Shown: positions 1 to 7,887 of the stretch, piece by piece
Numbering within the stretch: position 1 is the first letter of the stretch
How the letters are laid out: the number at the start of each line of letters is the position of its first letter
Assembly (NCBI GenBank): GCA_016789165.1
Contig: JAEURL010000422.1
Coordinates: 1-28,725 of the forward strand
Origin: Anaerolineales bacterium
GTDB lineage: Bacteria; Chloroflexota; Anaerolineae; Anaerolineales; UBA6663
Direction: 5' to 3'
Length of the DNA stretch: 28,725 bases
Made by a program: the position numbers and the translations under genes
Notes under the pieces: model-generated
Databases searched by the model: none
The model's input: only the letters and a program-made list of their open reading frames with translations
Told to the model about the DNA's origin: nothing

Positions 1-2
1 TC

Positions 3-551
3 GCCACCCGGCTGGCGACCTCCAACCCCAACCCGGCCTGCGCCGACCACTATCCCTGGTTCTTCGCCAATGCCGCCGCCGAATGCCCGACCTACATGCT
101 CAACACCTGGGCCGTGCTGCAGCCCTTTGAGCGCGGCCTGATGGTCTGGTTCCAGGAGGGCGGCGCAACCTACATCCTGCTCGACGACGGCTCGCCGTTC
201 CGGCTCTACCGGCCGGTCAGCGACCCCTCGGCCTCGGAACTGCCCGGCCCGGACCCCAACCTGATCCCGCCCACCGGCCTGTTCCAGCCGGAGCTGGGCT
301 TCGCCAAGTGCTGGCGCGGCCTGGTGCCCGGCACGGAGTGGGTGCGCGAACGTCTGGGGTGGGCCCTGGCGCCCGAGGCCGCCTACTCCGCCTTCTGGCA
401 GTGCAATACGGCCGCCCCCTTTTCGCCGGCGGCCCCGCCGACCGACAACGATGAAGCACGCTGCTACTTCAGCGGCCCGCGCGACGAGATCATCGTGCTG
501 GCGCGCGGCAGCGCGCCCTACTGGGCCTACTGGCAGACGCCGGCCCGGTAG
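3..551 (+). CDS. 5'-truncated hypothetical protein; C-terminal domain typical of Chloroflexota exported proteins
   Basis: The frame of track ORF 96..551 is open back to position 3 (ATRLATSNPNPACADHYPWFF...), so the true start lies outside the window. Motifs QPFERGLMVW, PELGFAKCW and VRERLGWALAPE resemble a recurrent Chloroflexota surface-protein domain (recalled, not searched). TAG at 549-551. Confidence 0.7.
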   Translation, partial: ATRLATSNPNPACADHYPWFFANAAAECPTYMLNTWAVLQPFERGLMVWFQEGGATYILLDDGSPFRLYRPVSDPSASELPGPDPNLIPPTGLFQPELGFAKCWRGLVPGTEWVRERLGWALAPEAAYSAFWQCNTAAPFSPAAPPTDNDEARCYFSGPRDEIIVLARGSAPYWAYWQTPAR

Positions 552-656
552 CGCCAGCCCGGGTTCAGCCGCCGCGACGCTCAGACACCGGGTCCATCCG
601 GCCCGGAGAGAGACCCCGCGTCGCGCGGCCGGCCCGCCTATCCCCAAGGAGTTGGT

Positions 657-1778
657 ATGAAACACCGGTATGTGATCCTGCTTGCAGCGTGTGTCCTCGC
701 CCTGGTGCCCGCCGTCGCCGCCGTCCAGCTGCCGGCCGCGCGCGCGCAAGACGCCGTCAACCCGCTCACCGGCCTGCCGGCGGCGGACCCGGCCGCGCTG
801 GAGCGCCGGCCGATGCTGGTGAAGGTCAGCAACCAGGGGCCGGTCATCCGCCCGCAGAACGGCCTGTCCTTCGCCGACCACGTCTGGGAATACCAGATGG
901 AAGGCTTCCAGGTGACGCGCTACACGGCCGTCTTCTACAGCCAGACCCCGCCGCGCGTCGGTTCGGTGCGCAGCACGCGCCTGATCGATATCGAGCACCT
1001 GATGCCCATGTATCAGGGCATCCTGGTGACCTCCGGCGGCAGCACCAACCGCCTGGCCCCCAACACCCCGCCGCGCATCGAGGAGCGCCTGCGCGCGGCC
1101 GAGTGGGCGCGGCGCGTGGTGTCCGAATCGTGGATCGGCGACGCCGCCTACGGCCGGCCCTACCTGGACCGGCTGGTCAACCTCCCGCGGCCGGGCGTGC
1201 CGCGCTACCACCGCCTGTTCGCCTTTCCGCCCGAGATCTGGGCGCTGATGAGCCAGAAGGGCTTGAACCAGCGGCCGGCCCTGGGCAGCCTGGCCTTCGA
1301 CGGCAACGCGCCGGCCGGCGGCCTGCCCACCACCGAGGCCTACCTGGATTACCCCGGCAGCGGCCCGCAAAGCCTGTGGAAGTACGACGCCGCCACCGGC
1401 CGCTGGCAGAGCTGGGTGGAGGACCAGACCAGCCGCCGGCCCGTCCGCTCGGCTAACGTGGATTTCCTCACCGGCCAGCCGCTGGAGTTCGACAACGTCG
1501 TCTTCTTGTATGCCGACCACTACCTGGCCGACTTCCTGGAAGATGAGACCGCCCGGCTCAACTCGGTGGGCATCAACCTGCTGGGCGAGGGCCGGGCCGT
1601 GCTCCTGCGCGGCGATCAGCGCTACGAGGCCCTCTGGCGCCGCTCCGGCCCGGACCAGCTCATGCAGCTCTATTACCAGGACGGGACGGCGCTGCCCTTC
1701 AAGCCCGGCACCATCTGGTACGCGGTCACGGATGCGGGCAGATTCACGGCCCGCTCGGCGTACTGGCCCACGCCGTAG
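657..1778 (+). CDS. DUF3048 (YerB-like) exported protein
   Basis: SD AAGGAG upstream; hydrophobic N-terminal signal; motifs RPMLVKVSN, RPQNGLSFADHVWE, EGFQVTRYTAVF, GSVRS, FDNVVFL and PGTIWY match DUF3048 N- and C-terminal domains. Confidence 0.85.
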   Translation: MKHRYVILLAACVLALVPAVAAVQLPAARAQDAVNPLTGLPAADPAALERRPMLVKVSNQGPVIRPQNGLSFADHVWEYQMEGFQVTRYTAVFYSQTPPRVGSVRSTRLIDIEHLMPMYQGILVTSGGSTNRLAPNTPPRIEERLRAAEWARRVVSESWIGDAAYGRPYLDRLVNLPRPGVPRYHRLFAFPPEIWALMSQKGLNQRPALGSLAFDGNAPAGGLPTTEAYLDYPGSGPQSLWKYDAATGRWQSWVEDQTSRRPVRSANVDFLTGQPLEFDNVVFLYADHYLADFLEDETARLNSVGINLLGEGRAVLLRGDQRYEALWRRSGPDQLMQLYYQDGTALPFKPGTIWYAVTDAGRFTARSAYWPTP

Positions 1779-1878
1779 AGGCCGGCGCGCCCGCCTCTGC
1801 CCCGCAGGTGAGGCGCGGTTTCCGCTGGCGCCGCCCGGCGCCGGGCCAGCCGTACAATACGGATGGAGGGACATCACC

Positions 1879-2781
1879 ATGCGTATTGGATACATCGGCC
1901 TCGGCAACATGGGCGGCCCGATGGCCATCAACCTGGCCCGGGCCGGCTGCGACCTCACGGTCTACGATCTGGACCCGGACAAGATCGCGCGGGTGGCGGC
2001 CGCCGGCGCCCAGGCCGGCGCGGATGGGCCGGCGGTGGCCGCGCAATCCGACCTCCTGTTCACGTCCTTCCCCGAGCCGCGCCACGTGGCCGCGGCCGTC
2101 CCGGCCCTGATCGACGCTTTGCCGGCCGGCGCGGTCTGGGTGGACCTGACCACCGACGACCGTGATCTCGTGCTGCGCCTCGCCGACCAGGCCGCCGCGC
2201 GCGGCGTGTCCGTGCTGGAGGCCCCGGTCACGGGCGCGGTGGATGGCGCCCGCCTGGGCCGGCTGACCTTCTTCGTCGGCGGCGAACCGGCCGTCATCGA
2301 GCGCGTGCGGCCCTATTTTCAAATCATGGGCAAGGTGGTGGTCTGCGGGGCGCTGGGCACCGGCAACGTGGTCAAGCTCATCACCAACCAGATTTGGTTC
2401 ATCAATGCCGCCGCCGTCGGGGAGGGCCTGGTGCTGGGCAAGAAAGCGGGGGTGGATCTGTTGGTGCTGTGGGAGGCGCTTAAGAACAGCGTCGGCGACA
2501 CGTGGGTGGTGCGCCACGACGTGCCCTCGATCTTCGCCGGCCACTACGATCCCTCCTTCACACTCGACCTGTGCTGCAAGGACCTGCGCCTGCTGAAGCA
2601 GTTGAGCGAACAGACCGGCACGCAGATGGACCTGACCCTGGCGGCGCGTGACAAGTTCGAAGCCGCCCGAACCACGTTCGGGGGCGGGGCCGCGGAACTG
2701 CTGGTCTGCAAGCTGGTGGAGGACGCCAGCGGCACGGACCTGCGCGTGGCCGGCCAATGGACCAAGCCCTGGGAGGCCTGA
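1879..2781 (+). CDS. NAD(P)-dependent oxidoreductase, 3-hydroxyisobutyrate/2-hydroxy-3-oxopropionate reductase family
   Basis: ATG 1879 after SD GGAGGG; Rossmann motif IGLGNMG; EAPVTG motif; catalytic-Lys helix VVKLITNQ. The track's 1510 start is a spurious extension. Confidence 0.9.
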   Translation: MRIGYIGLGNMGGPMAINLARAGCDLTVYDLDPDKIARVAAAGAQAGADGPAVAAQSDLLFTSFPEPRHVAAAVPALIDALPAGAVWVDLTTDDRDLVLRLADQAAARGVSVLEAPVTGAVDGARLGRLTFFVGGEPAVIERVRPYFQIMGKVVVCGALGTGNVVKLITNQIWFINAAAVGEGLVLGKKAGVDLLVLWEALKNSVGDTWVVRHDVPSIFAGHYDPSFTLDLCCKDLRLLKQLSEQTGTQMDLTLAARDKFEAARTTFGGGAAELLVCKLVEDASGTDLRVAGQWTKPWEA

Positions 2782-2822
2782 GTTTCCGGCCCCGCCCAAG
2801 CCCGGCCGGTTGGCCCCTCAAC

Positions 2823-2851
2823 CTGACAGCCGGCCCGGACCGCGCTAGAGT
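2823..2851 (+). promoter_or_regulatory. Putative sigma70-type promoter for a leaderless transcript
   Basis: CTGACA (2823-2828), 17-nt spacer, TAGAGT (2846-2851); ATG 2858 follows 6 nt later with no SD. Confidence 0.55.
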
Positions 2852-2857
2852 TATCGC

Positions 2858-4012
2858 ATGCGCACGCGCCTGATCGCCAGCGTCCTGGTTATCTGTCTTT
2901 GCGCCGCCGGCTTCTGGTATGTCACCCGCGCGCCGGCCGGCCCCGCCCCCACGCCGCCGGCCGGCCCCACGCCCGATCTCTCCGGCTTCGCGCGCGCCCT
3001 GGCCCCGCGCGATTTCGCCTTCCCGCTGGACCACGGCCCGCACTTCGATTACCAGACCGAGTGGTGGTATTACACCGGCAACCTGACCGCCGAGACCGGC
3101 GAGCACTTCGGCTTCCAGCTCACCTTCTTCCGGCGCGGCCTCACGCCCGGCGCGCCCGCCGCGCCGGCCGGCCTGAGCACCAACCAGATCTACTTCGCGC
3201 ACTTCGCCCTCACCGACGTGGCCGGCGGCCAGCACCGCGGCGTCGAGCGCTTCAGCCGCGGCGCGGGCGGCCTGGCCGGCGCCAGCGGCGCGCCCTTCCA
3301 GGTCTGGCTGGAGGACTGGCGGGCCGAGGCCCTCAACGCCGACGGCAGCGCCGTGCGCGTGCGCGCCCGCGAGGGCGACGCCCTGGGCCTGGACCTCGAC
3401 CTGCGGGCCGTCAAACCGATTGTGGCCCACGGCGACCGGGGCCTGAGCCCCAAGAGCGAACAGCCCGGCAACGCCTCCTACTACCTCAGCTACACGCGCC
3501 TGGCGGCCGACGGGACGATCACGGCGCGCGGCCAGACCTTCCGCGTCAGCGGCTCGGCCTGGTTCGACCACGAGTGGAGCACCAGCGCCCTCGGCCCGCA
3601 GGGCCTGGGCTGGGATTGGTTCAGCCTGCAATTAAGCGACGGCCGCGAGCTGATGTTCTTCCAGATCCGGCGCGCCGACGGCGGGATCGAAGCGGTCTCC
3701 GGCGGCACGCTGGTGGAGCCGGATGGCCGGACCACGCGCCTGCCGGCCGCGGCCGTGCAGATCGACGTGCTTGCCACCTGGACCAGCCCGGCCACGCGCA
3801 GCCAATACCCGGCCCGCTGGCGGATCAGCGTCCCCGAGGCGCAGCTCGAGCTGGAGGTGGAGCCCTGGCTGCCGGCCCAGGAGATGCAGTTGACGTTTAC
3901 GTACTGGGAGGGGGCGGTGAAGGTGACGGGCCTGAGCGCCGGCGCGCCGGTGGCCGGGGACGGCTACGTGGAATTGACGGGCTACAGCGGCAGCATGCAG
4001 GGCGTGTTTTAG
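2858..4012 (+). CDS. AttH-like / carotenoid 1,2-hydratase (CrtC) family lipocalin-fold protein with N-terminal signal or anchor
   Basis: Motifs HGPH..QTEWWYYTGNL, WFDHEW, GWDWFSLQL and YWEG are characteristic of the AttH/CrtC family. Confidence 0.85.
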   Translation: MRTRLIASVLVICLCAAGFWYVTRAPAGPAPTPPAGPTPDLSGFARALAPRDFAFPLDHGPHFDYQTEWWYYTGNLTAETGEHFGFQLTFFRRGLTPGAPAAPAGLSTNQIYFAHFALTDVAGGQHRGVERFSRGAGGLAGASGAPFQVWLEDWRAEALNADGSAVRVRAREGDALGLDLDLRAVKPIVAHGDRGLSPKSEQPGNASYYLSYTRLAADGTITARGQTFRVSGSAWFDHEWSTSALGPQGLGWDWFSLQLSDGRELMFFQIRRADGGIEAVSGGTLVEPDGRTTRLPAAAVQIDVLATWTSPATRSQYPARWRISVPEAQLELEVEPWLPAQEMQLTFTYWEGAVKVTGLSAGAPVAGDGYVELTGYSGSMQGVF

Positions 4013-4800
4013 TCCGCCGCCTCGATAAACTCCAGCACCCGCGCGTTGAAAGCCTCTGGCTGGTCCATGGGCGTGGCGTGGCCTGAATCCGCCGCCACCC
4101 AGGTCTGCGCGCCCCGCAGGCCGGCCGCCAGCGCCTCGCCGGCCGCGCGCGGCACGGTCTGATCACGGTCCCCCAGCACCACCAGCACCGGACAGCGGAT
4201 CGTGCCCAGGCCGGCCCGCGCGTCAAAGCGGCGGATGGCCAGAATGGCCTCCCAATACGTGCGCTTGGGGTTCTGGCCCAGGCTGGCAATGGCGGCCGCC
4301 ACCAGGGGGCGCTGTTCGGGCTTGGGGAACAAGCCTTCGGCGATAAAAGCGGCCACCCGCGGCATGGGCGCCGTCAGCAGCAGCCACAGGCGCTTGGCCA
4401 CCCGCCCCGCGCCGCCGGCCGGCGCCTGATAGCGCGCAAAGGTGTTCACCAGCGTCAGCGAGCGGACCGCCTCCGGGCGCAGGATGCCCAGCGCGACCGC
4501 CACGCAGCCCCCCATCGAGAGGCCCACCACGTGCGCGGGCCCGCCCAGCTGCCGCAGCAGGCGCGCCACGTCGTCGGCCATATCCGGGATGGTCAGCCGG
4601 CCCGGATAGCGGGAGCGGCCATGGCCGCGCAAGTCCACGGTGATGACGCGGCGGCGCGCGGCGAAGGCCGGCACCTGCAGGGCCCAATCGCCGGCGCTTG
4701 AGCCCAGCCCGTGCAGGAAGAGCACGGGCGCCGCCGCCAGCCGGGAATCACCGGCAACCGCGTAATACATCGGATAGCCATTGATGTCGGCGTGGGGCAT
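4009..4800 (-). CDS. Alpha/beta hydrolase, 3-oxoadipate enol-lactonase (PcaD)-like
   Basis: Start ATG at 4800 (MPHADING...); HGLGS oxyanion motif, GLSMGG nucleophile elbow, GDRD acid and SGH His. Its stop overlaps the stop of the convergent AttH-like gene (4009-4012). Confidence 0.85.
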   Translation of the reverse strand: MPHADINGYPMYYAVAGDSRLAAAPVLFLHGLGSSAGDWALQVPAFAARRRVITVDLRGHGRSRYPGRLTIPDMADDVARLLRQLGGPAHVVGLSMGGCVAVALGILRPEAVRSLTLVNTFARYQAPAGGAGRVAKRLWLLLTAPMPRVAAFIAEGLFPKPEQRPLVAAAIASLGQNPKRTYWEAILAIRRFDARAGLGTIRCPVLVVLGDRDQTVPRAAGEALAAGLRGAQTWVAADSGHATPMDQPEAFNARVLEFIEAAD

Positions 4801-4834
4801 CGTCTCGCTCAGCACCGGCCGGGCGGGGCCGGCT

Positions 4835-5605
4835 TCACCGATAGCGTTCCTTGAAGTCGTCCGGCGCCACCGGCAGGATGATCTGGCCTTCCTCGGGGTC
4901 GCCCACCGGGGTGACGCGCTCGGGGTGCTGGTCGGCCAGGCAGGCCGTGTAGGCGGCGGCCAGCGCGTCCAGCTCGTCGTGCGTGCGCAGGCCGGGGAAG
5001 GTGAGCGTACCGGCGCGCAGGTGGTGGGGGGTGAGCTCCTCCACCGCCTCCATCGGATCGGGGACGTCCAGGCCCTCGTCGTACAGCACCAGCTGGCGCT
5101 GCAGCCGGCCCTCCAGCGTATCCTTGCGCAGCGGCCGCCGGCCGAGCAGGACCGTGAAACACCCGTGCGGGTGGACCTCCAGCAGGGCGCGCTCGCCCGC
5201 GGCGCCCGGCCGCCAGATCGGGTAGCCCAGATCACGCAGGGCCGCGTACAGCCGGAAGCCGGTCTGCATCCAGGCCGGCGCGCGGGCCGGATCGCCGGGC
5301 GTCAGGTACAGGCCGATGCCGTGCCGGCGCATTTCGTACTCGCAGACCTTGCAGTCGCGCCAGCCCTTGCCGTCGGCGGCCAGGCCGTAGCGCCGGCGGA
5401 CGTCCGCGCGCGTCATCAGCCCGTGGTTGGGGCTCTGCGGCGCGTCCACGGCCACCACGTCCGGGCGGCGGCCCGTCACCAGATCCACCACCTCGTCGAA
5501 GCGGCCCTCGCCGCAGTCCTGGATGGCCAGTTTCTCGTCCAGCAGCGCGTAGGTGAACGGCCGGCGGCCGGCGGTGGTGTCGATGCCCAGGTAGAGTTTG
5601 CTCAT
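4835..5605 (-). CDS. DUF429 family protein (RNase H-like fold, predicted nuclease)
   Basis: Motifs YLGID, VVAVDAP, LLEVHPH and DELDALAAA give the acidic-residue pattern of DUF429. Confidence 0.8.
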   Translation of the reverse strand: MSKLYLGIDTTAGRRPFTYALLDEKLAIQDCGEGRFDEVVDLVTGRRPDVVAVDAPQSPNHGLMTRADVRRRYGLAADGKGWRDCKVCEYEMRRHGIGLYLTPGDPARAPAWMQTGFRLYAALRDLGYPIWRPGAAGERALLEVHPHGCFTVLLGRRPLRKDTLEGRLQRQLVLYDEGLDVPDPMEAVEELTPHHLRAGTLTFPGLRTHDELDALAAAYTACLADQHPERVTPVGDPEEGQIILPVAPDDFKERYR

Positions 5606-6033
5606 GCCCCCGTCCTCGCTTCCACGAAGCGTCGCAGCAGCTCCGGGTCGCCTTTATAGGGCGGCAGCCACGGGCGCTGCTCGATCTCGCGCAGGACGCG
5701 CGGCAGGGATTTGCCCGTGGTCAGCAGGTGGGCGGCCACCAGGGGCCGGGCGCGGTGCCGGCCTTGTGGCCCGTGCAGCAGCACCCGCCGGCCGGCGCGG
5801 AGGGCGTGGTCGATGAAATCCACCCCCAGGTTGAGGTGCTCGAGGGTGTAGGCGCTCTCATCGGCCAGCGGCAGCCACAGCCAGGCCCAGGGGAGCGGGT
5901 CGGTGAACAGGGCCGGCGGCGCCGCCGCGATGGCGACCACGGCGCTCAGGCCGGTCTGGGCCTGGAACTCGCGCCAGCCCTCCACCACCAGGTCGCCGCC
6001 GGCGACGAAGACCGCGTCGGTCGCCCAGGTCAT
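5602..6033 (-). CDS. Dual-specificity/tyrosine phosphatase-fold protein lacking the catalytic Cys (pseudophosphatase candidate)
   Basis: 143 aa with DSP-like layout: LWLPLADE acid loop, then FIDHALRAGRRVLLHGPQGRHRA where HCxxGxxRS is expected. Stop overlaps the DUF429 start (ATGA, 5602-5605). Confidence 0.7.
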   Translation of the reverse strand: MTWATDAVFVAGGDLVVEGWREFQAQTGLSAVVAIAAAPPALFTDPLPWAWLWLPLADESAYTLEHLNLGVDFIDHALRAGRRVLLHGPQGRHRARPLVAAHLLTTGKSLPRVLREIEQRPWLPPYKGDPELLRRFVEARTGA

Positions 6034-6040
6034 GCGGACG

Positions 6041-6046
6041 AGTATA
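6041..6046 (-). promoter_or_regulatory. Putative -10 box (TATACT) for a leaderless transcript of the DSP-DUF429-hydrolase unit
   Basis: TATACT on the minus strand lies 7 nt upstream of ATG 6033; no SD is present; no clear -35. Confidence 0.5.
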
Positions 6047-6083
6047 GTGCAAGTCGCGGCCGCCCACCACCGGCCGGCCGTAG

Positions 6084-6089
6084 TAAAAT
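6084..6089 (+). promoter_or_regulatory. Putative -10 box (TAAAAT) of the divergent ALDH gene
   Basis: An AT-rich hexamer matching TAnnnT in a very GC-rich 126-bp divergent spacer; no clear -35. Confidence 0.35.
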
Positions 6090-6159
6090 CACATCATCCG
6101 CATCCCTCGGCGCCGCCGGCGCCGCCCATAACCCGTTTCCTTGCAGGAGGCATCCCCGT

Positions 6160-7809
6160 ATGGCCGCCAAGAAGCCCATCAAGAAGGCCGCGCCCAAGAA
6201 GAAGGCCGCCCGGCCCAAGGCCGCGCCTTTCCGCCTGACCTATGCCACCATGTTCACGCCGCCCGAGGAGCTGCACACGCGCTACGAGAAGGCGCTGGCC
6301 CAGCTCAAGGGCCGGCTCGGCCAGGACCAGCCGATGCTGATCAACGGCCAGGACCGCTTCACGGAGGCCAAGTTCGAGGACCGCTCGCCCATCAACACCA
6401 ACTGGGTGCTCGGCATCTTCCAGAAGGGCTCCGCCCAGGACGCCCAGGACGCGCTGGCGGCGGCCGCCGCCGCCTGGCCGAAGTGGGCGGGCCTGAAGTG
6501 GCAGGACCGCGTGCGCCTGGTGCGCAAGGCCGCGGCCCAGATCGAGAAGCGCGTCTACGAGATCGGCGCCGCGCTCTCGCTGGAGGTGGGCAAGAACCGC
6601 ATGGAGGGCCTGGGCGACGCCCAGGAGACGGCGGACCTGATCTACTACGCCTGCGACCAACTGGAGGCCAACGGCGGCTACATCAAGGAGATGGGCCGCG
6701 ATCCGCTGGTGGGCTTCAAGGCCACCAACACCTCCATCCTGCGCCCATACGGCGTGTGGGTGGTGATCAGCCCCTGGAACTTCCCCTTCGCCCTGGCCGG
6801 CGGCCCCACCGGCGCGGCGCTGGTGGCCGGCAACACCGTGGTCTTCAAACCCGCCACCGACACGCCCTGGACCGGCCGGCTGCTAGCCGAGTGCGTGCGT
6901 GACGCCGGCATCCCGGACGGCGTCTTCAACTTCGTCACCGGCCCCGGCAGCACCGTGGGCCAGACCCTGATCGACGACCCGCGCGTGGCCGGCATCACCT
7001 TCACCGGCTCGTACGACGTGGGCATGCACATCTATCGCAGCTTCGCGGCCGGCAAGTACCCGCGCCCGGTCATCGCCGAGATGGGCGGCAAGAACCCGTC
7101 CATCGTCACCAAGGGCGCCAACCTGGAAGACGCCGCCACCGGCATCGTGCGCTCGGCCTTCGGCCTGCAGGGCCAGAAGTGCTCGGCCAACTCGCGCATC
7201 TTCGTGGAGAACGCCGTCAAGGACAAGCTGCTGGCCAAGCTCCTGGACAAGACCCGCGCCATCGCCATCGGCGACCCGACCCTGCGCACCAACTGGCTGG
7301 GCCCGGTGGCCAACGCCAACCAGTACCGCGATTTCGGCGATTACTGCGAGGAGCTTTCCCAGGCCGGCACCATCCTGCACGGCGGCCACAAACTGACGGG
7401 CGTCAAAGACGGCCTGGATTACAGCCAGGGCTACTACTGCGAGCCGACCCTGGTGGACGGCGTGCCGGCCAGCCACCGCCTGTGGCAGAGCGAGATGTTC
7501 CTGCCCATCGCCATGGTGGAGGGCTTCGACGACCTGACCTACGCCCTGACGCGCGCCAATGACGTGGCCTACGGCCTGACCGCCGGCTTCTACGGCTCCA
7601 AGAAGGAGGCGGCCTGGTTCTTCGACCAGATCCAGGCCGGCGTCACCTACGCCAACCGCCCGCAGGGCGCCACCACCGGCGCTTGGCCGGGCTTCCAGCC
7701 CTTCGGCGGCTGGAAGGGCTCCGGCTCGTCCGGCAAGAACGGCGGCGGCCTGTACTACGTGCCGCTCTACATGCACGAGCAGATCCGCACCAACATCGAG
7801 CGCGCTTAA
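6160..7809 (+). CDS. Aldehyde dehydrogenase, 1-pyrroline-5-carboxylate dehydrogenase (RocA/PruA)-like, with a Lys/Ala-rich N-terminal extension
   Basis: SD GGAGG before ATG 6160; ISPWNFP, FTGS, catalytic Glu in AEMGGKN, catalytic Cys in SAFGLQGQKCSA, and QPFGGWKGSG. Confidence 0.85.
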   Translation: MAAKKPIKKAAPKKKAARPKAAPFRLTYATMFTPPEELHTRYEKALAQLKGRLGQDQPMLINGQDRFTEAKFEDRSPINTNWVLGIFQKGSAQDAQDALAAAAAAWPKWAGLKWQDRVRLVRKAAAQIEKRVYEIGAALSLEVGKNRMEGLGDAQETADLIYYACDQLEANGGYIKEMGRDPLVGFKATNTSILRPYGVWVVISPWNFPFALAGGPTGAALVAGNTVVFKPATDTPWTGRLLAECVRDAGIPDGVFNFVTGPGSTVGQTLIDDPRVAGITFTGSYDVGMHIYRSFAAGKYPRPVIAEMGGKNPSIVTKGANLEDAATGIVRSAFGLQGQKCSANSRIFVENAVKDKLLAKLLDKTRAIAIGDPTLRTNWLGPVANANQYRDFGDYCEELSQAGTILHGGHKLTGVKDGLDYSQGYYCEPTLVDGVPASHRLWQSEMFLPIAMVEGFDDLTYALTRANDVAYGLTAGFYGSKKEAAWFFDQIQAGVTYANRPQGATTGAWPGFQPFGGWKGSGSSGKNGGGLYYVPLYMHEQIRTNIERA

Positions 7810-7826
7810 ACCCACGGATCAAGCTA

Positions 7827-7881
7827 GACGAAGGGCGAACGACGGGGGCCTGGCCGGCGTCGTTCGCCCTTCGTCGTTTTT
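7827..7881 (+). terminator. Intrinsic terminator-like hairpin after the ALDH gene
   Basis: Perfect 18-bp inverted repeat GACGAAGGGCGAACGACG (7827-7844) / CGTCGTTCGCCCTTCGTC (7858-7875), then GTTTTT. Confidence 0.8.
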
Positions 7882-7887
7882 CCGCCC

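Noticed and set aside
552-656. Fragments resembling glycine (GGAGAGA) or guanidine-I (GGGTTC...CCGGAGAG) riboswitches
   Set aside because: The remaining conserved elements are missing or out of order, and the downstream gene does not fit those ligands.
5728-6159. N-terminal extension of the ALDH ORF in the track (also the extensions at 13203, 1510, 5235, 11748, 12559 and 19910)
   Set aside because: They overlap other real genes; better starts with SD sequences or family-typical N-termini lie downstream.
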